Assembly: GCA_963766885.1 (NCBI GenBank) | Contig: CAVYBO010000002.1 | Coordinates: forward strand, 175,141-239,140 | From: an uncultured bacterium | GTDB lineage: Bacteria > Patescibacteriota > Minisyncoccia > Phycocordibacterales > CAIRYW01 | DNA length: 64,000 bases | Direction: 5' to 3' | Shown: piece after piece, positions 19,678 through 28,036 of the stretch | Layout of the letters: the number at the start of each line of letters is the position of its first letter | How positions within the stretch are numbered: position 1 is the stretch's first letter | Notes under the pieces: generated by a model | Seen by the model: only the letters and a program-made list of their open reading frames with translations | Told to the model about the DNA's origin: nothing | Databases searched by the model: none | Made by a program: the position numbers and the translations under genes

Positions 19678-19700
19678 CCCCCTCTTAATTTAGGAGGGGG
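19678..19700. repeat. GC-rich perfect hairpin (ccccctc-N9-gaggggg) in an AT-rich context, no U-tract
   Basis: 7-bp G/C stem. Preceded by a gctcgc direct repeat and followed by ttggggg. Confidence 0.4.
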
Positions 19701-19720
19701 TTGGGGGTGTTACAAAATTC

Positions 19721-19729
19721 TGCTATAAT
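19721..19729 (+). promoter_or_regulatory. extended -10 promoter (TGcTATAAT) for trxB; transcript essentially leaderless
   Basis: The -10 ends 9 nt before the trxB ATG at 19739; no SD sequence. Confidence 0.4.
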
Positions 19730-19738
19730 TTCAAAACT

Positions 19739-20665
19739 ATGGAACAAATATACGACCTTACAATAATCGGCGGAGGACCAGCAGGAGTTGCGGCTGGAGT
19801 GTACGCTGCGCGCAAAAAAATCAAAACTGCTTTTTTGACGTATTCTTTTGAAAACCAAAGCACTGTTTCGGAAGGCATCCAAAACTGGATTGGTACAAGC
19901 TTAATTTCCGGAGCTGACCTTTCCAAAAACCTCGAACAACATTTGCGAGCGTACGCCGGCGAAAGTGTCACAATCAAAACTGGTTCCAAAGTCACAAACT
20001 TAAAAAAAGATGATGATGTTTTTATAACAGAAACTGATTCTGGTGAGTCATACAAATCCAAAACAGTTTTACTTGCAACAGGAAGCGTACGCCGAAAACT
20101 TGAAGTGCTAGGTGCAGATGTTTTTGAACATAAGGGACTTACCTACTGCGCATCTTGCGACGGACCGCTTTTTGACGGACAAGATGTAGTGGTAGTTGGC
20201 GGAGGCAATGCTGCATTTGAAAGCGCAGCTCAGCTTGCAGCATATTGCAAAACTGTATACATAATTACTCGCGGAGATTTCCGCGCTGATCCAATCACTG
20301 TGGAAAAAGTTCTAGCGAAACCAAATGTTAAAGGCATTCCAAACGGAACGCCTGTGGAAGTCAAAGGAGATAAATTCGTAAACAGATTTGTTTATCAGGA
20401 TCAAACTGGTCAAAATGTTTCTTTGAATGTTACAGGAATTTTTGTGGAAATCGGACTTCTGCCAAACACGGACTTTGTCAAAAACATTGTTGAGCTAAAT
20501 AAAGCCAATCAAATTATCGTTGATCCCAAAACACAACAAACCAAAACTCCAGGTATCTGGGCCGCAGGAGATTCTACAAACGGACTTTACCACCAAAACA
20601 ACATCGCCGCAGGCGACGCTGTCAAAGCTCTAGAAGACATTTACGTAAATTTGCATACGAAATAA
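19739..20665 (+). CDS. trxB: thioredoxin-disulfide reductase
   Basis: GGGPAGVAAGVYAAR FAD site, CASC redox motif, GGGNAA NADPH site. Confidence 0.9.
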   Translation: MEQIYDLTIIGGGPAGVAAGVYAARKKIKTAFLTYSFENQSTVSEGIQNWIGTSLISGADLSKNLEQHLRAYAGESVTIKTGSKVTNLKKDDDVFITETDSGESYKSKTVLLATGSVRRKLEVLGADVFEHKGLTYCASCDGPLFDGQDVVVVGGGNAAFESAAQLAAYCKTVYIITRGDFRADPITVEKVLAKPNVKGIPNGTPVEVKGDKFVNRFVYQDQTGQNVSLNVTGIFVEIGLLPNTDFVKNIVELNKANQIIVDPKTQQTKTPGIWAAGDSTNGLYHQNNIAAGDAVKALEDIYVNLHTK

Positions 20666-20670
20666 TCAAA

Positions 20671-20704
20671 CACCGGCGAGCATTTCTGCACGCCGGTGTT
20701 TTTA
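20671..20704 (+). terminator. rho-independent terminator after trxB
   Basis: caccggcg-N12-cgccggtg followed by TTTTT. Confidence 0.7.
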
Positions 20705-20971
20705 GGACAATCCGTCCTCTGGTGCCTCGACACCAACCTTTACCCGATTCCAAAAGCCGTGTACAAGCACTATCGCGTCGCCCGATTTCCCGCTTTCCGA
20801 GATATTCAGTTGGACATAGAAAGAGTAAAATTTTGTGTTGATGTAAAAGAATGCAAAGCGTCCGTCAATTTTTAAAACATCGACAGAATCAATATCGCAA
20901 AACAAAAAGTCATTTGCGATATTTTTGGCAAACCACAGGAGTTGCTGGTACATCAAGGGATGAATTTTCAT
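20702..20971 (-). CDS. hypothetical protein
   Basis: ORF only. Confidence 0.3.
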   Translation of the reverse strand: MKIHPLMYQQLLWFAKNIANDFLFCDIDSVDVLKIDGRFAFFYINTKFYSFYVQLNISESGKSGDAIVLVHGFWNRVKVGVEAPEDGLS

Positions 20972-20997
20972 TCGACACCCCTCCTTTCTGAAGTAAA

Positions 20998-21411
20998 TTA
21001 TAGCAAGTTATTTTTCATTCTTTTTATACCAATCAAAGTTTTATAACGCTCTCTTTTCTTAAATTCCAATAAGTCCCAAACCGTAGGATATCCAACCTCT
21101 TTTGATAAATGAATTACTTTATTTGATCCTATATAGATACCTAGATGTGCTCCATATGAATTATTATCTTCATTGAAAAACAATATATCTAATGGTCGTG
21201 GGGATTTTATTTGTTTGGTATAAATTTTGTCTTCCCATAAATCACTTGACCGAAAATCAGGAATTCTATACCCGAAATATCTTAAAAATTCATAAGCAAA
21301 GTATTGGCAATTTGCACCGTTTTTTAAACCAGTTAAATTTTTACTTCCTGGATATTTTGACCCATCATATTTTGAATCAAAAAATTCTATTGGTATTGAG
21401 ATTATTTTCAT
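20998..21411 (-). CDS. NlpC/P60- or CHAP-like cysteine peptidase (tentative)
   Basis: Spacing of Cys (ANCQYFAYEF) and His (GAHLGIYIGSNKVIHLS) is reminiscent of papain-like amidases. Confidence 0.4.
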   Translation of the reverse strand: MKIISIPIEFFDSKYDGSKYPGSKNLTGLKNGANCQYFAYEFLRYFGYRIPDFRSSDLWEDKIYTKQIKSPRPLDILFFNEDNNSYGAHLGIYIGSNKVIHLSKEVGYPTVWDLLEFKKRERYKTLIGIKRMKNNLL

Positions 21412-21412
21412 A

Positions 21413-22115
21413 TTATTTTAGTCTCTTAAAAAACGGTGCGTACATATCAGCCTTTAGACTTATTTTTATTTCATTTTTTCTTATTGTTTTATCCGTAAAT
21501 TCAATTCTTGAATTTGTAATTAGAGCCAAAGGTAATTTTTCATTTCCCTCGCCCATTTCTAAAACTGCAGCAGAAGCCAAGCCAGTCCGCAACATTTGTT
21601 CGAGAAAAGTGAAACTTCCTGCCAAAAATATCTTTATTCTTTCTGTAATCTCTAATTCCTTTAAAGCCCGCGTAACCAAGCGAAAGCCCTATAACACCAG
21701 CTCTTAGCGGTAAAGTTCTACTGTCTGTTATAAGTACCCCTAGATTTTTGATCTTATATATTTTCTTGAGTTTTTCCCTAATCATTTTTGCAGATTTAAA
21801 GCTATCTTTCGGTAAAAGAATTAGCTTACCGTTTCCGTTTGATTCATCAATACCCGCACTCGCCATAAACATTCCATCTTTGATAGTAAGCCACGCGTAT
21901 TTTGTTTTAATGGCGATATTGCTTTCTTTTTTGATTAATCGCTCTTTGGATTTTTCATCTGAAATTTCTGCGGTTCTTCTTTCTGCCAAAGCCACAATCT
22001 TTGAAGTCACAACGAGCACAGACTTTTCTGGAATTTTTTTAATTTGTTTTTTTATAAAAATAGTAACATCTTCTCCTTCTTTGAAGATTCTAGTTTTGAT
22101 TGGTTTGACTATCAT
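21413..22115 (-). pseudogene. CofE/FbiB-like gamma-glutamyl ligase domain protein split by a single-nucleotide frameshift near 21585
   Basis: N-terminal frame (21540..22115) carries VLVVTSKIVALAERR…MFMASAGIDESN…GVLITDSRT…GIRDYRKNKDIFGRKFHFSRTNVAD. A second frame (21413..21679) continues GLASAAVLEMGEGNEKLPLALI. Confidence 0.5.
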
Positions 22116-22734
22116 CTGATTTCTTTAGCCAATAAATATATCCATATGCAAGTGGTGTATAAAAGAAACTTATAATTACTTTGTAAATCCACCACGCAAG
22201 TCCAGCAAAGATAATTGTATGCCAAGAATATATTCCAACAAATGCAACAATCATAAATATATACGAGTCCAAAAACTGCGACCAGACGTTAGCAATATTT
22301 GATGTCAGCCAAAACATCTTTCCTCCAGTTTTAGCCTTGAAAAATATAAACGATAGAACATCTTGATATTCTCCAATTATATAAGCCAAGAGAGAAGCAA
22401 CAGAAACTCTGAACGTAATTCCAAAAACCGTATTATAAGCACTCTGAACCCAAGAAGCATCTGCTGACCATGGAGTAATCTCAGAGATAAAAGAGTAAAG
22501 AAGAAAGACTAGAATTGATAAAAATCCCATAAAGACAAAGTCCCTAGCTAGTTTTTTACCGAATACTTGTCCAATACAGTCAGTGGTAATATAGACAAAA
22601 GGAAAGAAAAAAATTGCAACCGAAAGATGTGTTCCGAAGATAAACGGCATAAGTTTTAATCCAAGAGTGTTTGAAGCGAAAAGAGAGGTTAGATACAAAG
22701 TTAACGCGAGAAATATTTTTTTATTTTGATCCAT
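22090..22734 (-). CDS. queuosine-precursor transporter-like (YhhQ/VUT family) membrane protein
   Basis: Multi-TM protein with FFFPFVYITTDCIGQVFG; general resemblance to DUF165/YhhQ. Confidence 0.45.
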   Translation of the reverse strand: MDQNKKIFLALTLYLTSLFASNTLGLKLMPFIFGTHLSVAIFFFPFVYITTDCIGQVFGKKLARDFVFMGFLSILVFLLYSFISEITPWSADASWVQSAYNTVFGITFRVSVASLLAYIIGEYQDVLSFIFFKAKTGGKMFWLTSNIANVWSQFLDSYIFMIVAFVGIYSWHTIIFAGLAWWIYKVIISFFYTPLAYGYIYWLKKSDDSQTNQN

Positions 22735-22894
22735 TTTATTTTAATTAATTTCGAGTAAAGAAAAAGCACCACAAAAACCGCTCAGGCTTTTTGTGGTGCT
22801 TGGATTTAATTAAAACTGGTCCAAATAGATTTTTGATTACTTAAAAGCATGGGATTTATTTCTAACACTTTTATTATACATTTATAACAAAATA

Positions 22895-22983
22895 CGGAAA
22901 GGGAGGGATTTGAACCCTCGATCCGCCTTTCGGCGGATGCAGGTTTTCGAAACCTGTGCATTCAACCGCTCTGCCACCTTTCC
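22895..22983 (-). tRNA. tRNA-Ser (anticodon CGA), long variable arm
   Basis: GGAAAGGTGGCAGAGCGGTTGAATGCA…CAGGT-TTCGAAA-ACCTG…; T arm GAGGG/CCCTC, acceptor GGAAAGG/CCTTTCC, discriminator G. Confidence 0.8.
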
Positions 22984-23068
22984 AAAAATTATACTGTGCA
23001 AAAATCCTAACAGCTTTTTGCCAAATTTACAAAAAATTGCTATATTTTGCTTTGTCTTAAAGCATAGC

Positions 23069-23140
23069 GGCCCCATCGTCTAATGGTTAGGACAGCAGGT
23101 TTTCAATCTGTTAACCGGAGTTCGACTCTCCGTGGGGTCA
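23069..23140 (+). tRNA. tRNA-Glu (anticodon TTC)
   Basis: 72-nt cloverleaf: acceptor GGCCCCA/TGGGGTC, anticodon loop TTTTCAA, T arm CGGAG-TTCGACT-CTCCG. Confidence 0.7.
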
Positions 23141-23173
23141 TAGATTTTTCTAACTATATTTTGCAATAGTTTT

Positions 23174-23926
23174 TTGGAGCAACCTAACGAGATATTTTAT
23201 GGATTTGGAAACAATACAATTTTGCCATTGACTAATTTGTTTTTAAATAGTAAAAATAATTTAGAATTTATGCAAATTGTACCCTTACAACAACTTCAGA
23301 CTTTGTCAGAGGTAACACCGGCTCAACTCACAACACTTCGTGAACAGTTCGTTACCCTAATCGACGAGGTTCAGGCGGGAAAACATAGCCCCGCCCAAAT
23401 CGCTTCTATTCTTAGGGCCATTTCTGATGGCACTTGGAGAGGGATTCACAAAAGCTGGCTTCAACTCCCAATTGGTGGTCATACAAAGGAGGCTATCATG
23501 GCATTCTTTGATGATGCGGATATTGGCGTTGGAGAAGTTTCCGAACTTGCGGAGAAAACCGAGTTTCCCACTTCGGTTGAACCGACTGAATTCGTCTGTG
23601 CAAGCCCTAAAGAATTTTTTGGGCTTACGGGGGAAACGAATTCAGGACTGCTTGAATCGGAGATCTTCCTCAACAAGCACGGACTTACCAAATGCAAACC
23701 GTATGATGCGTTCTATCTTCGGGCCGCATTCATGAGTCAGAGTAAGAACGGACCTGAAATTGAGGTAATATCTCCGTTTGGGAAACAGGATGGCAGGATG
23801 TATGTTCCGAGCCTCGAGAGAAACTCCTCCTACGGAAGAAGAATAAGTAACCGTGAGTGGGGCTTCTCAAAGGTACGTGATGACCGTGTCCTGTGTTATC
23901 GAATCGCAACAGAACCGCACACTTAA
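23174..23926 (+). CDS. hypothetical protein (higher G+C than surroundings)
   Basis: 250-aa ORF next to two tRNA genes; ends with terminator accgcac-N10-gtgcggt + T-run (23914..23945). Confidence 0.45.
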   Translation: MEQPNEIFYGFGNNTILPLTNLFLNSKNNLEFMQIVPLQQLQTLSEVTPAQLTTLREQFVTLIDEVQAGKHSPAQIASILRAISDGTWRGIHKSWLQLPIGGHTKEAIMAFFDDADIGVGEVSELAEKTEFPTSVEPTEFVCASPKEFFGLTGETNSGLLESEIFLNKHGLTKCKPYDAFYLRAAFMSQSKNGPEIEVISPFGKQDGRMYVPSLERNSSYGRRISNREWGFSKVRDDRVLCYRIATEPHT

Positions 23927-24109
23927 TCAGGTGCGGTATTTTTTATATAAAACTGATTTCTTTTATATCTTCCACTATCTGATTCCAATTCGCGACCACT
24001 TGGGTCAAAAGTGAACATTATGAATGTCGTTAACATTATACAGAATATCAATTCCCTATCAGAAAGGTTCTAGAACCTTCAACTATGAAAAGTAATTGTA
24101 ATACTTAGT

Positions 24110-24718
24110 TTATTTTATATCTTCAAATGGTATAGCAAACTTAATACCTCTTTCATCCTCGAAAATAGCACCCTCTCCATCCGTCCAAATCAATTTTGCA
24201 TCTATAGGTCCTTCGCTGTTTTCCCATCCAATTTTCTTAATATCAGAAAAATCTCTCTCAAATCTTTGCATTTTTTCAGTTCCTCTTTCTCCGCCGGCTC
24301 TTGTAAAATTTAATTTCCAATTTTCTTCTTTCAATATCCGAGCGCTTGTTGGCAATCTTTTATTTTCTTCTTCGCTTAATTCATTTTTCAAATTTTCCAT
24401 TCTAATCAAATCAAGAACTTTTTGCCTAAATCCAAAGGCACCAGTTAAAAGCTTTGGGGTTACCCCTTTTCTTACGGCAGATACAGATTCATGTAGCTCA
24501 TCAACATTATAAAATTTTTGAGAACCTTGGAGACCCCCTCTTTCATTTATTGTCGTCCAGAGACTTCTAAAATCACGAGCTTCTGAAATTGCGATGGCAA
24601 ATTTTTTATCTTCGAGAAAAACTTGTGCTTCAGGGTTTTGTTTAGGAACTATTTCTTCTGTGATTTGACCAATCCCCTCAATATTAGGCTCCGAAGGTTT
24701 TTTTTCTGGTGATTCCAT
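24110..24718 (-). CDS. hypothetical protein
   Basis: 202-aa ORF with no recognisable motif. Confidence 0.4.
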   Translation of the reverse strand: MESPEKKPSEPNIEGIGQITEEIVPKQNPEAQVFLEDKKFAIAISEARDFRSLWTTINERGGLQGSQKFYNVDELHESVSAVRKGVTPKLLTGAFGFRQKVLDLIRMENLKNELSEEENKRLPTSARILKEENWKLNFTRAGGERGTEKMQRFERDFSDIKKIGWENSEGPIDAKLIWTDGEGAIFEDERGIKFAIPFEDIK

Positions 24719-25001
24719 ATATATCTTTATTATTTAATGATTATTATAATTAAAGTATATCAAAAAAGAATTTATATTTTTAGCAAAGATTAAGAACTTC
24801 AATTAGGTATTAAAAGACTCAGTTCCTTAATTATTCCTATGATATAATCTCTCTCACCCAATAATTCTGAAAGCCACACTGTTTGGTCAACAGTTGGTTT
24901 TTGTTAGGTGTAAATTCCAAACAGCGCCTGAATGTCTTTTTTATAAAAACTAGCTTTTTAGTACATTATAAGATATATTCCTAATATGTCCGCTTACTTA
25001 T

Positions 25002-25301
25002 ATGATTAAAAAATCTATTATAACCATTGTTTTTCTAGTGATTCTAGGTTTAACCTATCCTCTTGTTTCCCATGCCTCCATCCAGCCCGACTCTTCATTG
25101 GCAGTTACCTCTCTGGAAAATCAGATTCTCAGTTTGAGCGCAGAGCTTGACCAACTACAGAATAGTTCGGGATCTACTACTGAAAATCAGACATCAACCA
25201 CTTCACCAAGTCTATACTACCTCTTCACTGCAAGTACTACTCCAAGCATAATCAGCAGCGAGATTACGGCTTTGCAGAATTTCCTCAATTATCTTAAGTA
25301 A
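25002..25301 (+). CDS. small secreted Ser/Thr-rich protein
   Basis: Signal peptide plus low-complexity sequence. Confidence 0.4.
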   Translation: MIKKSIITIVFLVILGLTYPLVSHASIQPDSSLAVTSLENQILSLSAELDQLQNSSGSTTENQTSTTSPSLYYLFTASTTPSIISSEITALQNFLNYLK

Positions 25302-25379
25302 AAGTTTACCTGGGAGTACTAATATTTGGTGTTTGAAACAACATTGCTAAAAGAGTAGATTTATTTTATACTTGTTAGT

Positions 25380-26831
25380 ATGAAGGTCACCAAATATTTG
25401 GAAATTTTTTTGTTCTGTTTAATTATAATTTTAATTGCGTTAGGGTTTTTTATTCTCTTTTCTAAAAATAACCAAAAAGAATCTATGGTTGAAAATAATG
25501 AAAACATAAAAGAAACCGCGACTAGTAGTTCAAATAATTCTCCTTCTTCTCAAACTAATAAAAAATATATCGGAACAAGTCTAAACGGAAAATTCATAAT
25601 TGGTTCCCAGAGCTACTTTTTTGGCTGCGGTTCACACTGGTTCTATGGAGGAGCAAAGAATGAGAGTGCTTCAACCGTTCTGGTAGACCAAACACCAGAT
25701 GTCAGTGATTTTGCTAGCAGTGCGCTATGCCCCACGCCATTTGTGACTAAATCTGGAAGTCCTGTTAATTTCTATTCAGATTTAGACCCAAGTGTGGCTA
25801 TGGCGCAGTTTGGTTGGCTAAAAGCCAATAATATAGACGGCATGTCGCCTGATGTGTTTGTGTCCAACCTATCCCCCTCAACTTTAAAGGCCGCTCAGTC
25901 TTGGGATACTGTCCTTGGAAATATAAAAGCTGGGGCTGAAGCCACTGGGAGAGTTTTCTACATAACCTTTGATCTAACTGGCAGCCCTTCTAACTATGCC
26001 GAGCTTGTTGAAAGCGAATGGAAACATTTGGCCGATACTGGCATTACCACGAGTCCAAACTATCTTCATGACAATAGCAAACTTGTTGTAGAAATTTGGG
26101 GTGTTGGATTTGTTGGAACTAATGGATATCCAAATAATCCGGAACAAATGCTCCAACTTATTAATGATCTAAAAACCGGAGCGAATGGCATGCTTCCGGC
26201 AACAGTTATCGGAGGAGTTCCTTCTCATTGGCGAACCCTAGATGGAGATTCTCAAACCGACCCTGAATGGCTAAACGTCTACGAAAGTTTTGATGTAATA
26301 AGTCCGTGGTCTCCTATACGATTCTCCAATAACTCTTCTTCTGGGCTTTTCTCTAAGCTACCTTCGGCTGATTCGTTTTTCGAAACCAGGATGCTTCCTG
26401 ATATCGCCTTTGCCAAAGAACATAATATTCGCTACATGCCCGTTGTATGGCCAGGAGCATCAACCTATAATCTTTGGAAAAATACACCCAGACTTAATAC
26501 CAAAGCGCCATCAGACAGATTCAATCAAATACCTTCGGAATGCGGTAATTTCTATTGGGAACAGCTATACAACATTTTAGCCAAATCTGGCGGAGTCTCA
26601 GCTATTTACGGCGCTATGTTGGATGATTACAACGAAGGTATGGTTTTGGGCAAAAGCACAGCAAATCAAGATGATTTACCAACAGACATTAAAGTTCTTC
26701 CTGTCAATTCGGGCAGTTGTTCAGGATTGCCAAGTGACTGGTTTCTTAAAATTACTGGAGTTGCGGCTGCTGCCCTCAGGTCTGGCAGTACGGTGCCTTC
26801 AAATCTGTCAGCAGCAATCTCTCCAAATTAA
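25380..26831 (+). CDS. large secreted/membrane-anchored protein of unknown function (possibly a carbohydrate-active enzyme)
   Basis: N-terminal TM anchor and Asn/Ser-rich linker, followed by a ~400-aa globular domain rich in Trp/Tyr/Asp. Confidence 0.4.
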   Translation: MKVTKYLEIFLFCLIIILIALGFFILFSKNNQKESMVENNENIKETATSSSNNSPSSQTNKKYIGTSLNGKFIIGSQSYFFGCGSHWFYGGAKNESASTVLVDQTPDVSDFASSALCPTPFVTKSGSPVNFYSDLDPSVAMAQFGWLKANNIDGMSPDVFVSNLSPSTLKAAQSWDTVLGNIKAGAEATGRVFYITFDLTGSPSNYAELVESEWKHLADTGITTSPNYLHDNSKLVVEIWGVGFVGTNGYPNNPEQMLQLINDLKTGANGMLPATVIGGVPSHWRTLDGDSQTDPEWLNVYESFDVISPWSPIRFSNNSSSGLFSKLPSADSFFETRMLPDIAFAKEHNIRYMPVVWPGASTYNLWKNTPRLNTKAPSDRFNQIPSECGNFYWEQLYNILAKSGGVSAIYGAMLDDYNEGMVLGKSTANQDDLPTDIKVLPVNSGSCSGLPSDWFLKITGVAAAALRSGSTVPSNLSAAISPN

Positions 26832-26885
26832 TAAAGTCTTTGTGGTATAATCCTTCTCGTTAAATAGCTGGAAAGCTGAAACCAA

Positions 26886-26958
26886 GCGCGGTTAGCTCAG
26901 TTGGTAGAGCGCAACATTGACGTTGTTGATGCCAGAGGTTCGAGTCCTCTACCGCGCA
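26886..26958 (+). tRNA. tRNA-Val (anticodon GAC)
   Basis: 73-nt cloverleaf: GCGCGGT acceptor, GCTC-AGTTGGTA-GAGC D arm, CAACA-TTGACGT-TGTTG anticodon arm, AGAGG-TTCGAGT-CCTCT T arm. Confidence 0.85.
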
Positions 26959-26961
26959 CAC

Positions 26962-28005
26962 ATGAAAATACTTTCAATAGAAACAAGCTGCGACGAAACT
27001 GCTGTGTGTGTTTTGGAAGGAATAGGAAATGCAAAGAATCCGAAATTCAAAATTCTTGGAAATGCCCTTTTTTCGCAAGCCAAACTTCATCAGGAATTCG
27101 GCGGAGTATTTCCTACTCTGGCAAAAAGAGAACATCAAAGAAATCTGCCGCGATTGCTTGCAAAAGCGCTCAAGGAAGCCAAATTAAGCTCTGAAACACC
27201 AAAAATAGATTTGATTGCTGTGACAGAAGGCCCGGGACTTGAACCAGCGCTTTGGGTGGGAATTGTTTTTGCTAAAGATTTGAGTGACAAGTGGAATGTA
27301 CCAGTAGTTGGAATAAATCACATGGAAGGACATATCCTTTCGCCATTTTTGGATAACGCCAAAATTGGCAAAATAAAATACCCCACGCTTTCGCTTCTCG
27401 TTTCTGGCGGGCACACTGAGCTTGTTTTGATCAAAAAGTTTCTAAATTATGAAATATTAGGCAAAACTCGCGACGATGCTGTTGGCGAAGCTTTTGACAA
27501 GGTTGCTAGAATTCTTGGACTTCCCTACCCGGGCGGTCCAGAAATTTCCAAACTGGCTGCTTTGGCAAGAAAAAAGAAAGTTAATTATGATTTTGTGCTT
27601 CCCCGTCCGATGATTTATTCCAAGGACTTGGATTTTTCTTTTTCTGGACTTAAAACAGCAGTCCTTTATTTGACCAGAAAAATTGGAAACCTATCCGAAC
27701 AAGATAAAAAAAATATAGCTTTAGAATTTGAAAATTCTGCGATTGATGTTTTAGAATCAAAAACAAAATCTGCAATTCAAAAATACAATATCAAAACACT
27801 AATTGTTGCCGGCGGCGTATCCGCAAACACAGAATTGCGAAAGAGATTCAAGAAACTAACAAAAGAAGAAGGTGCTAATTTGTATCTTCCAGATAAAAAA
27901 CTAACTACAGACAATGCAGTGATGATTGCTATTGCAGGATTTTTCAAAAAAGACAAAAAAAATCCTGCAAAAAATATCAAAGCCCAGGGTAATTTAGAGC
28001 TTTAA
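26962..28005 (+). CDS. tsaD: tRNA N6-adenosine threonylcarbamoyltransferase TsaD
   Basis: MKILSIETSCDETAVC N-terminus and HMEGH metal site. The ORF-track start at 26917 lies inside tRNA-Val, so the start is set at the ATG at 26962. Confidence 0.9.
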   Translation: MKILSIETSCDETAVCVLEGIGNAKNPKFKILGNALFSQAKLHQEFGGVFPTLAKREHQRNLPRLLAKALKEAKLSSETPKIDLIAVTEGPGLEPALWVGIVFAKDLSDKWNVPVVGINHMEGHILSPFLDNAKIGKIKYPTLSLLVSGGHTELVLIKKFLNYEILGKTRDDAVGEAFDKVARILGLPYPGGPEISKLAALARKKKVNYDFVLPRPMIYSKDLDFSFSGLKTAVLYLTRKIGNLSEQDKKNIALEFENSAIDVLESKTKSAIQKYNIKTLIVAGGVSANTELRKRFKKLTKEEGANLYLPDKKLTTDNAVMIAIAGFFKKDKKNPAKNIKAQGNLEL

Positions 28006-28036
28006 AAAGGGCTTAAAAAATAGTATTATTTGCCTT

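Noticed and set aside
19678-19700. GC-rich hairpin as the intrinsic terminator of the DUF559 gene
   Set aside because: It is followed by a G-run rather than a U-tract, so it is recorded as a repeat or structured element instead.
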